This document shows, piece after piece, positions 13,020 through 24,960 of a stretch of DNA of 64,000 bases (the first letter of the stretch is position 1; each line of letters opens with the position of its first letter). A model generated the notes under the pieces. It was not told the DNA's origin, made no database searches, and saw only the letters and a list, made by a program, of their open reading frames with translations. This DNA is from the human T2T-CHM13v2.0 reference genome, Homo sapiens. Where the stretch lies: the NCBI RefSeq assembly GCF_009914755.1, contig NC_060947.1. One strand, given 5' to 3'. The position numbers were made by a program, and so were the translations under genes.

Positions 13020-14004
13020 TTGTGAGAACCTAAAGCCAAATATATTTTCAAGAATATATTTTATAAATATGTATAAATATGGAATTAGGTATAAAAATAG
13101 GTCAGTATTTCTGCCCATGCACTCCCTCAGATTACCAATTTCCTTGTACATAACCATCTGTGGTATTACTATTTTAGACTTACCCTTCTTTATTACTTGA
13201 AATTCATGTGATAAAATTCTATTCAACTTTAATACATAAATCAAAAAATCTAGCTTGATATTAAGACATTTGAGTGTCTGAAAGCTTTGCTAATCTTACT
13301 CCAAATAGCCAAACAAAAGTAGTGCCTGCAACCAAAAATAGGAAAAAAAAATTCTAAAACAGAAAGTATTTCATATGATCTCTTATAAAAACAGATTATT
13401 GAGATAAAAATATGTTAACAGCTGTTCCGATATTAGGCATCCAAAGCAAATCTGCATAATTGGGAAAAATACTAACCAAGAATACTATTAAGCTTTTAAA
13501 ATATCGGTATATGCTCCATCTTAAGAAAATAACTTCTTATAGGCCTGAATGATTGAAAAACAACTAAAGCCTATCAACTTATTTTGAGTGTCTTCAAACA
13601 GTGGGCATAGGTTTTTTTTTTTCTGTTGATTATGTTCAAGGATGAGTCAACAAACAATAATTAAATCATGGATTGATTCTATGAGAATACGCTAAAGCTG
13701 AAAATGAAGAGAAAAAGTCTAGAAATGTCATAAATATATATGCATGAAAACGATAGCAGTATGTAAGAACAGTTCATCATTTCATAGACGTTGATATATA
13801 CTTAAGTTGCCGTTGAAGTGAGGAAATCAAAAATTAGAAGTTATTCTTAGATTTCCAAGATTTCAGTAAATTGCATAACTAGGTATTCATATTAAGAAAG
13901 TTGATTGAAAATATTTCCAAAGGTCACCAGAAAACCAAACCAAAACAACAACACAAGAACTTGGAAAATGCAGTAAAAAAATACTGGCAGTTATTAATAA
14001 AATC

Positions 14005-14269
14005 ACCTTGAGTCTCTGACAGACTTATATATCCAACCGTCATTTTGACATATCTACTTGGATGTTTAATCAACATCTCACACATAGCAGGACCCAAACT
14101 GAAATCCTGAAATCCCCTTCAAAAACGCTTCACTTATAGCCTCTGCCATCTCAGTAAACAGCAACTATAGCCTTCTGTTGCTCAGGCCAATATCCTTGGA
14201 GTCATCCTTGATGCCTCAATTTCCTTCACATACCTCATACCATCAGTCAAAAAATCCTTTTGGCTCTAC
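14005..14269 (+). mobile_element. L2 fragment
   Basis: atatccaaccgtcattttgacatatctacttggatgtttaat...ccttggagtcatccttga. Confidence 0.75.
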
Positions 14270-15195
14270 ATAGTGGATGCTGTGATATACCGCCTGGATC
14301 CCCCCTCAGGACTGAAGGGTTTATTTCCCTAGCTGCCACAAGTGGGGCTGATAGACAGCCTTAACCTATCAGCCCTCTTTAAGAATTGCCTGTTTATAAA
14401 TCATGCTGCTATAAAGACACATGCACACGTATGTTTATTGCGGCACTATTCACAATAGCAAAGACTTGGAACCAACCCAAATGTCCAACAATGATAGACT
14501 GGATTAAGAAAATGTGGCACATATACACCATGGAATACTATGCAGCCATAAAAATGATAAGTTCATGTCCTTTGTAGGGACATGGATGAAGCTGGAAACC
14601 ATCATTCTCAGCAAACTATAGCAAGGACAAAAAACCAAACACCGCATGTTCTCACCCATAGGTGGGAATTGAACAATGAGAACACATGGACACAGGAAGG
14701 GGAACATCACACACCGGGGCCTGTTGTGGGGGGGGGGGAGGGGGGAGGGATAGCATTTGGAGATACACCTAATGTTAAATGACGAGTTACTGGGTGCAGC
14801 ACACCAACATGGCACATGTATACATATGTAACTAACCTGCACATTGTGCACATGTACCCTAAAACTTAAAGTATAATAAAAAAAAAAAAGAATTGCCTGT
14901 TGAAGGAATTAGCTTGCTCAAAGTCACTCACATCAGTCAATACAGGGGTATGAAGGCCTACCTCCTTTGCCCCAACTCCAGACAACTCTGTAGAACCATC
15001 CTAGCTTCAGAGCTCCCTATTCAAATGTATGAAGCTTTCACTGACAATGCGTCAAAGGACGACCTCCCCTTCTGTCAAGCCTTGCTTCCTCCCCTTCCTT
15101 CTGACAGATGTTGGTGCCAAGGTAACTCCATAGGCACTTTCTACACACTACTTTTCATGTTATATTCTGATTCTTGTAGAACATCACCTTTGATA
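14270..15195 (+). mobile_element. LTR16A-like ERVL LTR, interrupted by an L1PA insertion
   Basis: Starts tagtggatgctgtgatataccgcctggatccccctcaggactga and resumes after the L1 TSD with gaaggaattagcttgctcaaagtcac. Confidence 0.75.
14395..14887 (+). mobile_element. 5'-truncated L1PA3/PA4 3' end
   Basis: ORF2 C-terminus (CCYKDTCTRMFIAALFTIAKTWNQPKC), 3'UTR cctaatgttaaatgacgag, poly(A). Perfect 14-bp TSD aagaattgcctgtt at 14381-14394 and 14888-14901. Confidence 0.96.
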
Positions 15196-15680
15196 GTTGG
15201 GAACAGATGTGCTTAGAGAAAGCAGATACTAAGATAGTATGTTCAACTTGTCAGCTGGCAACAAGGATTCCATCACTAATGGTAGATAAAGCACACATAT
15301 ACCCTGGAGCAAGATAGGAGTGAAATATATACAACTCTTGCTGTGGAAAACTGAGGCAGTATTCTAATGAAAGGAACTGTACTAGTAGGTGTGATGATGT
15401 ATCAGGCATTTGAGAAAAATGAGAGGAATAGTTACTATAATGACTGTAGAATTAGGTAGATTAGATATAATTGATAATTAGGGAAAAAGTTAAAAAGGGC
15501 TTATGGTGATTAATTGACAATTAAAAGCTAAGTGTGAAAACCAGGAAGCCTCCTAGGTAGCTTATAAAAAGTCTCTCTGATTCAGCTGGAGAGCACCCAG
15601 GCCCAGGAATTATTCCTAAAACTAGCAGAGCTCAAAGAAAGGCTAAACTCCCATAAAAGGGTAGACCTGCAATGATAAGG
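15196..15680 (+). mobile_element. ERVL internal sequence (ERV3-16A3-like) following the LTR16
   Basis: gttgggaacagatgtgcttagagaaagcagatactaagat directly after the LTR end, then degenerate gag-leader-like sequence. Confidence 0.55.
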
Positions 15681-15684
15681 TGAC

Positions 15685-16110
15685 TGTATAAACAAAATGT
15701 GGCACATCCATACAATAAAATGCTGTTAGACAAAAAGGGTAAAGAGGTCGTGTTACAGGCTATACCATGGATAAACCTTGAAATTCTGATGCTAAGTGAT
15801 AGAAGCCAGTCACAAAAGATTATATATTGTATTTTAAATTGACATGAACTTTTTTAGGGATACAAAGTATATCCATACACAAAGTATTAATAGATGAGCG
15901 CCTGCCTGGGGCTGGGTGTGGAAGTGTGGATAGACTACAAATGGGAACATGGAAACTTTTTGGTGTGATGGAAGTGGATTATGGAAAACTGTGTTGTGGT
16001 GATATATTCAGAACTGCATGGATTTACTAAAAGCCATGAAATTGAAAATTTACAATGGATGGCTTCAATGGTTTGCAAATTATGACTAAAATTGGAAAAA
16101 ATTAAAAAGG
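15685..16110 (+). mobile_element. L1ME/MB 3' end fragment
   Basis: ataaacaaaatgtggcacatccatacaat, atggataaaccttgaaa, gctaagtgatagaagccagtcacaaaag. Confidence 0.75.
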
Positions 16111-16136
16111 CAAACTCAAAGAAAGAAAAGCAAGCA

Positions 16137-16173
16137 GTGTGTGTGTGTCAGAGAGAGAGAGAGAGAGAGAGAG
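16137..16173. repeat. (TG)n(AG)n compound microsatellite
   Basis: gtgtgtgtgtgtcagagagagagagagagagagagag. Confidence 0.9.
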
Positions 16174-16724
16174 CACTGTACTAAATTTTAATGCTGTATG
16201 TGAAATTTTCCCTGACCACTTTTGGCTGTATTAGTTGCCCTCCTCTTTGTTTCCTTTTTATTTATCCACTAAAAAATTTATGTACAACTATTAAATATCA
16301 CTCTTATGCTAGTTATTTGAGATACAAGGAGAACAAAGATATCATTTGTGCTGTAAAGGCATTAATAGACTAGGGTGGGAGACATTCAAGAAAATCAGCA
16401 AGTATGAGGCAGTGTACATATGACTTTCTCTGATACTGTTATGCCCATGAGCTAAAGGAGACAATGAAAGGGCTTCAAAAATACCTACATCATACTAATT
16501 ACCTGGTTGAATATTTATTAAACATATTCTATATTTCAGTCTATTGTTAATGACAGTAATATTGTTATTCTGTTCCTTTAGTGAGGCAGTGCACAGAATT
16601 ATTTTACAAATAAAATTGTATTTTATTTTTCTTGAGAGCATTCTAGGCAGGAGAATGATTTGAGTTACGGCATTAGATATCAGAAATAGTAAGCAAGCTC
16701 CATGTGCTAGGGAAGAGCTGTGAG

Positions 16725-17225
16725 AGAGATATATATACACACACATGTATATGTCTTATATGTGTATATGTATATGTCATATATACATATACATATACAC
16801 ATATATGATATATACTATATATGTCATATATACATATACATATACACATATATGATATATACTATATATGTCATATATACATATACACATATATGATATA
16901 TACTATATATGTCATATATACATATACACATATATGATATATACTATATATGTCATATATACATATACACATATATGATATATACTATATATGTCATATA
17001 TACATATACACATATGATATATACTATATATGTCATATATACATATACACATATATGATATATACTATATATGTCATATATACATATACACATATATGAT
17101 ATATACTATATATGTCATATATACATATACACATATGATATATACTATATATGTCATATATACATATATGTGTACATATATACACACATTATATACACAT
17201 ATATCTATATATGACATATATGAAA
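16725..17225. repeat. AT-rich minisatellite/VNTR, about 41-bp unit (gtcatatatacatatacacatatatgatatatactatatat), about 10 copies
   Basis: gtca anchors at 16776, 16823, 16870, 16911, 16952, 16993, 17032, 17073, 17114, 17153. Confidence 0.95.
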
Positions 17226-17684
17226 TAACAGGTATATATTTATACATCATGTGAACATATCCACAATACTGTAACACTTCATTTCATTTATTCTTGTTTC
17301 ACAATGCTAAGATTTCATCTTTCTGGAAGTCACTGTGAACCAGGAAATAAATAGTAAATGATCTAGAACATTCCAAATAATGCTACCACTTTAGTTCACT
17401 ATTTCTGCCACTTATTTTCCACCAAAATCTTTAAAATAAAATCTTCTATGTTGAATATAAACATATCAAGCTGCTTGGTTAGTTTTCTTTTTGGTTGTTT
17501 TATTTTGATTTTCAGTGCCTAGTATATCAGAAACATTAAACCATAAGAAGGCTGTAAGTGAATAAACTGTTAGAGACTGGTACTATGACAGCAGGAGCAG
17601 TGACAGTGGACAATCTGGTAGAAAGAAAGGAGACTAAAGCATAAAAGGAGAGAAACTGTATTACAGTATAGGATAGAGATGAGT

Positions 17685-17905
17685 GACAATAACCAACATT
17701 TGTGTAGTGTTTTTATGATCTGGAGTTTTGCAAATTTATTGCTCCTTTCTTTTATCATTCCAAAACTCCTTTGAGGCATGCATCATTATCCTCATTTAAC
17801 AATTGATGAGCTTCAGATTGTCAAATATTGCACAGCCAATAACAGAATCAGCAAGTCTAGGTCAAACTCTTTGATCAGTATTCTGACCAATTACCATACT
17901 GTCCA
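17685..17905 (-). mobile_element. MIR fragment
   Basis: catcattatcctcatttaacaattgatgagctt resembles the MIR core. Confidence 0.55.
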
Positions 17906-18545
17906 TAATGATTACCCATAAATTGTTAATGAAAATTGAAAGTAGAGTCAATATTATATGTTTAAGGGGCATAAAATTCATACTCCATATTGATTTCTAA
18001 AACAATCTACACTAATTTGTACATAAACAGTTATATTTTAGACATCTAAACATTTCTCTCATATTGAATAGCTCTTCTGCCATTATTGATAGACAATGTG
18101 CCATTACTGAAATTTGAAGTATTTATTCATAATACCAAATTAAATCCATGATGCTTCCTTTTTGATGATTCACTATTTTTATGTGAACTCCAGCTTGAAA
18201 ACAGACAATTGTAACACCTGCCCATTAACACTAACTGAAAAAAGGGATCTTATCATTTTAATTCAAAGATAGAAAAAGACATTTTCCTTTTCTTCTTCTT
18301 GTTATAACCTGAGAATAATATGTATCCCAAAAGCATATCATTTTCCCTTTCATGGAAACATCTTTATATACACCTTTCCCTTCATACATACAGCATTTTT
18401 AAAATAATGCTTCCTTTCAGTTGTAATTAGACCAGCAGACTTGCTTTTTGCACTCATATAGCGTTCTACAAGTTGAAATAGAATTAGTCTACTAGGGCAT
18501 GCACTCACCAGGTTATGTCAGGCCTCTCCATTTTCTACTGTATTT

Positions 18546-18946
18546 GTGGTAGCTAGACTCTCAGATGGCCCCCAGTGATCCCCTTCTTTTGGTATTCATG
18601 CCCATATTGTAACAGGGTTGCATTGTGTGACTAATAGAATATAATAGAATTAATGATATGTCACTTTTGAGATTAGATTATAAAAGATCCTTATATTTGC
18701 TCTCCTGAATAATTTGCTATGGGGAAGCAGTTGCTTTGTTGTGAGGACACTCAGAGTAGCCTATGATGAGATCCATATGAAAAGAAACTGAAGTCAGCCA
18801 ACCTCATGAAAGATCCTGAGCCAGAGCCCTACACTTGAGCCACTCTTTATTTTTTACCTATAGAAACTGTGAAATGACTAATACTATTGTTTAAAGTCAC
18901 TAAGTTTTGGGGTAAATTGGTTATCCAGCAATAGATAATTAATACA
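18546..18946 (+). mobile_element. MLT1 (E/F-type) MaLR solo LTR
   Basis: tgtggtagctagactctcagatggcccccagtgatcc ... ctaagttttggggtaaattggttatccagcaatagataattaataca. Confidence 0.8.
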
Positions 18947-19002
18947 ATATTACATCTAGAATGTTTACCTGCACATATTTAAATGATTTTGAGAATGTAA
19001 CT

Positions 19003-19400
19003 GTGTATTACTCAGGATAGTTAATATTACCTACCACAATACACAAATAGATCAAAGGTTTTTTCCTGTTCATGTCACAGTCAATTCCGATCCAGTGGTT
19101 CTTCCTGGTGACTTTCCCCTAAAGGTATATTGTAAATCTAGGCTTCTTGTTGGTAATAAACCCCTCTGCTAAAATTTATTCACTTTCAGCTATACATGAG
19201 GGACAGATAGCACGAAGAACAAACATCCATCCCTAAACTGTCTTGGACTATGAAAAAATATAGCGTTTCTCTCATATACTTATTTGTAAAAATTCAAGTA
19301 CATGACCCTAGCCAAACTGCAACAAAAGCTAGTAAATGAAGTCTTCTGTTTCCAGAAAGAAGAAATGATGTGTTTAACAGGTAGCCTTGTCTCTGCCACG
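19003..19400 (-). mobile_element. Old MLT1 LTR (J/K/L-type)
   Basis: tgtattactcaggatag start, with an agccttgtctctgccac end. Confidence 0.55.
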
Positions 19401-19644
19401 TGACATTGGCTTTAGAGTCATAGTAGTGAAAGAGAGAAGCTAAATATGTTCAAAGAGAAACTCTGTACTATTAAGTACTCCTTGAATTTCTATTTTTTAT
19501 GGCTTATTGACAGTCAGGATACTTTTATCACTTTGTTCCATTATTTAAAGAAATTGATTTCATATTGCTACTAACATGAAAGCAACTTTTCAATGTTTCT
19601 TCAGAAACGATAGCGAATGAACTCTGAAAACAAAAATATTGTAA

Positions 19645-20089
19645 TGTACCGGTTATCTTTTACTGGATAATAAACAACTACAAAAACCTTGGCTATACAT
19701 GATGGTAAGCAGTTATTGCTCGTGTGCTCAGCTGAAAGTTGGCTAAGCATTTCTGCCTAATTGACTGGGTTCACTTACATGTTCTGCAGTGAACTGACCA
19801 TCAACTGATTTAGGTTGGTTTAGCTTGGGTGACTGGGATGACTTGACTCTGGCCAAATGTTTCCCATCCTCCAGTAGACTAGGTCAGAAATGTTTTCATG
19901 GTAATGACAGAGGCACAGGAGAGTACATAAGCTAAAGTGAAAGCTTATTTCAAGTCTCTGAATACATCACATATACTAGGATTCCGTTGGCCAAAGTAAG
20001 GTTAGAGGAGGGAGACTACAAAGGACATTGCAAAGTACGTGGATATAGGCAGTGGTAAAATTCAGAACATCAATGTAACCTACTATACA
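19645..20089 (-). mobile_element. MLT1 (G/H-type) LTR
   Basis: catcctccagtagactagg, ttcatggtaatgacagaggcacagga, attccgttggccaaag. Confidence 0.65.
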
Positions 20090-20391
20090 CATGCATGCTC
20101 TGAAATATCAATTAATCAGTCATATTTCAACTTCAATAAAGGTAACCAGTCATTATCGATGCCTAAGAATAGCGCTTTTGGAATGGATACAATTTCTTCA
20201 CATCCTCTTTTATATATAATAAAATTCAACATCTCAACTTGCCAAAATTGAAGATGAATATGCTGTTCTTTAGCTCTCAGTAGCAGTTCTTGTCCAAAAG
20301 GCCACACTGACATTGAATGTACCTTAATTATAAAACAAAAATTTCCTATAGATTTATGATTAAACAAAAATAACACTTAAAATATACATTG

Positions 20392-20538
20392 GGCTGGGAG
20401 TAGTGGCTTGCACCTGTAATCCCAGCACTTTGGTAGGCCGAGGCAAGAGGATCACATGAGCCCAGAAGTTCCAGGCTGCAGTGAGCTATCTTTGTGCCAC
20501 TGCACTCCAGCCTGGGCAACAGAGCAAAAAAAAAAAAA
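20392..20538 (+). mobile_element. Alu monomer (FRAM-like)
   Basis: Single 150-bp arm with A tail. Imperfect TSD aaaatatacattgg / aagatatacactgg. Confidence 0.85.
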
Positions 20539-20615
20539 GATATACACTGGCCAACAAGTTTTCAATAATATTAAAATTTTTTCCTCTTCATCTTTGGTTT
20601 TTATTCCTCAGAGGA

Positions 20616-20925
20616 TTTTTTTTTTTGAGACAAGGTCTGGCTCTGTCATTCATTCCAGTTGCCCAGGCTGGAATGCAGTGGTGTGATCATGGCTCATTGC
20701 AGCCTTGAGTTCCTGTGCTCAAGTGATCCTCCCACCTCAGCCTCCTGAGTTGCTGGGACTAAAGGCACGTGCCACCACACCTGGCTAATTTTTAAAATTT
20801 TTTTTTGTAGAGACAGGGTTTCACTATGTTGCTCAGGGTGGTGGTCTCAACTCTTGGACTCAAGTGATCCTCCTGCCTCAGCTTCCCAATGTGCAGGGAT
20901 GACAGGCATGAGCCACCGCACTAGC
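20616..20925 (-). mobile_element. AluJ, full length
   Basis: ttttgagacaaggtctggctctgtc...ctcaagtgatcctcccacctcagcc...gagccaccgcactagc. Confidence 0.92.
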
Positions 20926-21029
20926 ATCTGAGGAAAATTTTTAAGGAAATCTGTCTGCCTGCCTTGGTGAAATAATCTTTGGCACTGAAGAGTATCCACA
21001 ACATTCAATTATCTAAGACATCTTTAATT

Positions 21030-22330
21030 TAATTAATTTGAGTTACTTTTATTTAGCACATTATACCTGTCATTTTGCTAGGTGCTACTTTTTCAATGAC
21101 TAACAAGAAAGACTTAGTTATTTACAAAGTTTATAATCTAATAGAAGATAAAAACAATAAATCAATAATTACCATATGATGCAATACACTGTAATTATAT
21201 GCAGAAGTCTGTGGTGGTTAAGAAAACAAGAGAGCAACCTAAGCCAGGAAAGTTTTCAAGAAGAGGTTAAAAACTCAGATGGAATCTGAGCATGAGTAAC
21301 TGACTCGTGGGAGGAACTTGTAGGAAGGATATTGGTTTCTTCTAAGCAGTAAATATTAAGTAAAGGAAGTCAGATTTATAAACACATTTAAAATGTACAT
21401 TCAATAGTCTAGGTGATTTATTGAAAGCTGGGCATAAAGTGGAGAAAGCAGTTAAGCAAAGTATATAATTTTTATTATTGGGGCAACTGAACTTATTCAA
21501 TACTAGAGAGAGATACAGTGTGAGGAGGAGTTCTGGTAGTAAAGATAACCTTATAATCTGGACAAAATCAGTTTAGGGCTCTGGTGGGACATTCAATGGG
21601 AAATATCTATAAGGCAGTTGGCTTCTTGTACTTGAAGATGAAGAGAAAGCCCTAGTCTGGAGGTAAACATTAATAAAATGTCACTTATATGTTAGCTGTA
21701 TATCAGTTGGCTATTGAAGTTCTAAGAGTAGTGAAACTGCCCAGAGAGAGTGTGGTCTACCAAGCAAAAGAAAAAGCTTAGACCCGAAACTCAAAGAACT
21801 CCAATATTCAAGGTATGGACAACATAAAATCTATTCACAAGAAGAAAAACAGGAACTGCCAGAAATGTAAAAAGAAACAGGATAATATGTGATAAAAGCC
21901 AAAGAAGAGTTTTCAAAGGAAAAGGTTGTCAACATTTTTGAATGCATATGTTTTATCAAATAAAATAAGGTCCGAAAAAATCCACTAGCTTTATCAAGAT
22001 GGCTGTCAATGTCCTTGTCAAGAGTGGTGACAGAAGTGTGAATGGAAACTAAAATGCAGTTAAATAAAATTAAATGAATATTCTGAAGCAGAGACTTGCA
22101 AATATATGTAATGTGTTCAAGAAAGAGATATGGAGAGTATCATGAGAACAAGGAACTTTATGAGAAACTTGAATGTTTTAAAACCCTACTGGTTTACAGA
22201 GGAAAAGGTTAAAAATCCAAATGGTAAACAAAGTAAGAGAGTGAGGTCTCAGAGAAATTAGAACAGATAGAAGTCACAGCATAGATGTAGAAATCAGCCA
22301 TAGTAAATGGGATTACCAATTCTATTGCAT
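21030..22330 (-). mobile_element. L2 (L2a-like), decayed
   Basis: tttagcacattatacctgtcattttgctaggtgct, ggtgggacattcaatgggaaatatc, ctagtctggaggtaaacat, gtcaatgtccttgtcaagag. Confidence 0.7.
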
Positions 22331-22917
22331 CATTGGTGAAATTAGTAATTAGTAAAGCATCTCTGTGAGAAAAAAGGTGATTTTATGATCAACAAGGAAA
22401 TCTAAAAGCATTCCACCAAGAGTTATGTACAAGGAAAAGGGTGCTCAAGGCCAGTACAATTAATTAATATTGCTTTGGTGGTAGTAGCCAAAGCAATCTG
22501 ACAAAAGTAAAAAAAAGAAAAATTTTCCTATAGGACAGCAATTAATTTCTCAATACATATAAGGGAAGCTAGAAGAAAATGAAACAAAATGTCTGAGGCA
22601 CAGTTATTTCAAACTATATTCAGCCAACCATCTATTAAGAATGAAAACAGTCATACTACTTTTCTCACATGCTGTCTTTTCCAGGAAACTGTATTAGCAA
22701 GATAAGCAAGAAAGAAATCAGTAAACAGAAAGTTCAGTACAGGATAATAATGGTAATAATAATCATTAAGTGGTGGAGATAGGAAATTATCTGATACATT
22801 TGCCTATATAGAAAATAATATTGAAAAACATTTTACAGAACTCTTGGCCTATTTAGGAAGGATTAGAAAAAGATAGTTTGAAAAGTAAGCAAATGAAAAA
22901 ATAATATGATAATATGA

Positions 22918-23420
22918 GATGGCAGTGGCACAGGAGCCTGCTCTGAAAGGCCACGAAGATGGAAGACTGAAGCTTGGTTTTAATGGATGGTGCAGTGGAA
23001 TAAAATAATGGATATTTTTAAAAGAGTCTTCTCAGTTATTGTGTTCTGAGGGTTAATTCTAACAATTCTGGAATTTGCCTGAGATGTTTCACTGACGTAT
23101 GAGATGTATCTGCATGGTACTGACTGCTGGTCAATGGTACTGGCTCCATGTTGGTGGTTTCCAATCCAAGTGACAAAGCATGGCCATTGAGGGCCTTGCA
23201 GAGGGGGACAATTGGAGCCTCCTCCAAACTTTGTAACCTCCTCCAAACTTTGTAACCTCTTGTTGTAAGTCAGCCTGTGGCTGTGACACGTATCCTGACT
23301 CTAAGACTTTTGACTTAATATATCCTTTCCCTAAAATAAACTGTAGATGGGCAAACCTTGTTATTTTGGGTCCTCTGAGTTTTCTTTAGAAATCTAAACT
23401 TGTTTGACTGCTACCATTAA
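22918..23420. mobile_element. ERVL-class LTR (MER68/MER77/MER21-like) with a 19-bp tandem duplication at 23218-23255
   Basis: Minus-strand reading aaaactcagaggacc...cagtttattttagggaaaggata and aaattccagaa resembles MER21-family LTRs. cctcctccaaactttgtaa occurs twice. Confidence 0.5.
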
Positions 23421-24004
23421 TTTAGTTATAGCAAAATATATAATTATATGTAATTATGTGCATGTTTATTTGAGAACTTCCTTAGGGTTTCATATATTTT
23501 TTTATCACCTTCAACTTTTCTGAAGTCCTGCTGCAATCCATTGTGCTTTCAAACATACGGTGCTAGCTTGGTGAGCCCAGTCTGTTTTTCCCTACAGATC
23601 CAGTTCATCTGAATCTACACTTGCTCTTGGAGGTCTTAGTAACAGGAGTATCCTTGCTTTTAGCTGGTTCGATTCTTCTAGGAGGCAGCTATAAAGTGTC
23701 CAGTGAATTTCTCTTTGCTCCCACCTCACACCCTGAAGTGTAGGTCTATAAAATCCTCATATATTAACCCAGCACTATCAAATAGGTGAAAACATACGGT
23801 TATTTTTTATATTCCTAGTGTGTGGATACTCAAGTTAGATGTTCCTTGTGTGCAGACTCGTATAGCACCATTTAGAGTGTGCACATCAGACAGCTTTTCT
23901 AATGATGGAATCTTAGAAAGCAGAGTCTATTGAATAAAGGACCCAATAAGATTAAATTTTATATATAGAAGTTCTTATTTTCAGCAGTTACTAGATTATT
24001 TTTT

Positions 24005-24960
24005 AATATGCAAGTATTTTATTTTGATTACAACTATTTGAAAATTCTTATTTTAGAGAACAGCAAGACTGTTCACTATACAACTCATTCAATTTTTCAA
24101 AGGCGTCCACAGGTTTTATCAAATTCATATTATCCTGACAACTATATTTTGGAGTTACTCCAGGTATGCTAGTAGATTCATCATTAATCCACCTCACAAT
24201 TGCTTTGGCTCATTCTAAAGTGTTGAAGTGAATAGCAGCACACTGTATCCTGCCTCAACAGTTGGGGAAAAGGTCTAGAGGCTGATGGTCTTCAGGTAGC
24301 TAAAGCCTTATATCAGGATTAGCCACTGGTAATGTCAGAGTCCAAGTATGTGTCCAATTTCATGGGTTAAAGACTTATAGAACCAAAGCAGCAAACTATT
24401 AGTGATTTCGGGAAGATAACAGTTATCAAAAATTGAATAGCCATTTGAAGATATTTTCTTGAGTTTCTTCACTTCACACTCACAGTGTGAAAGACAAAAA
24501 CCACTGCCACACCTAGCAAAGCTGACTATCTCCTTACTATCTGCCAAAGAGCTTGTCCAAAGACAAAATTCCATGAGTCTCTTTTGCAAAGATCAATCAT
24601 TGTTATTCCCATGATACAGAAGACACTTTCAGATTTATTCCTTTTTATGAACTTAAGGATTTTCTCTGTATGAATTTGTAGGTTGCGTGCTATCACTGAC
24701 TCTAAAGGAGCGCCAAGTTGCGAAAATGGGAAAAAATTCTGTTCTACTGCCAAGCTATAGAAAAATGCTTCATAATGGCTCTTGGGCTATTTAATATATT
24801 CTTCTCTGATAATTTTGGTGTTGCCTAGAAATCCAATGAACTGTATATAAATACTGAATTTCTTCCGAGATTACTGATACACTGTTCAAAGTCTTGGAGA
24901 GGGGTCCTCAGGAAGGGGACCTTCATACCTGCTGCCAGGCCTCAAGACAGCCCATCCACC
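24005..24960 (-). pseudogene. AMZ2: Processed, 5'-truncated pseudogene of archaemetzincin-2 (AMZ2); the symbol given is the parent gene, locus number not determined
   Basis: Minus-strand peptides QDFEQ, IGFLGNTKIIREEYIK, NLQIHTEKILKFIK...FCIMGITMIDLCKRDSWNFVFGQA, SFARCGSGF...YSIFDNCYLPEIT...LTHEIGHILGL*HYQWL, LAVL match recalled human AMZ2 colinearly without introns. Many stops and frameshifts. AATAAA at 24018-24023. TSD ac(t/c)agattattttt at 23990-24003 and 24961-24974. Confidence 0.93.

Noticed and set aside
16725-17225. Regularly spaced repeats resembling a CRISPR array, and Y/I/H-rich ORFs
   Set aside because: There are no unique spacers. It is a simple eukaryotic minisatellite and the ORFs are low-complexity artefacts.
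22980-23246. ORFs that looked like a second processed pseudogene beside the AMZ2 copy
   Set aside because: No recognisable protein. They lie outside the AMZ2 TSD, and the DNA resembles a MER21/68/77-type LTR.
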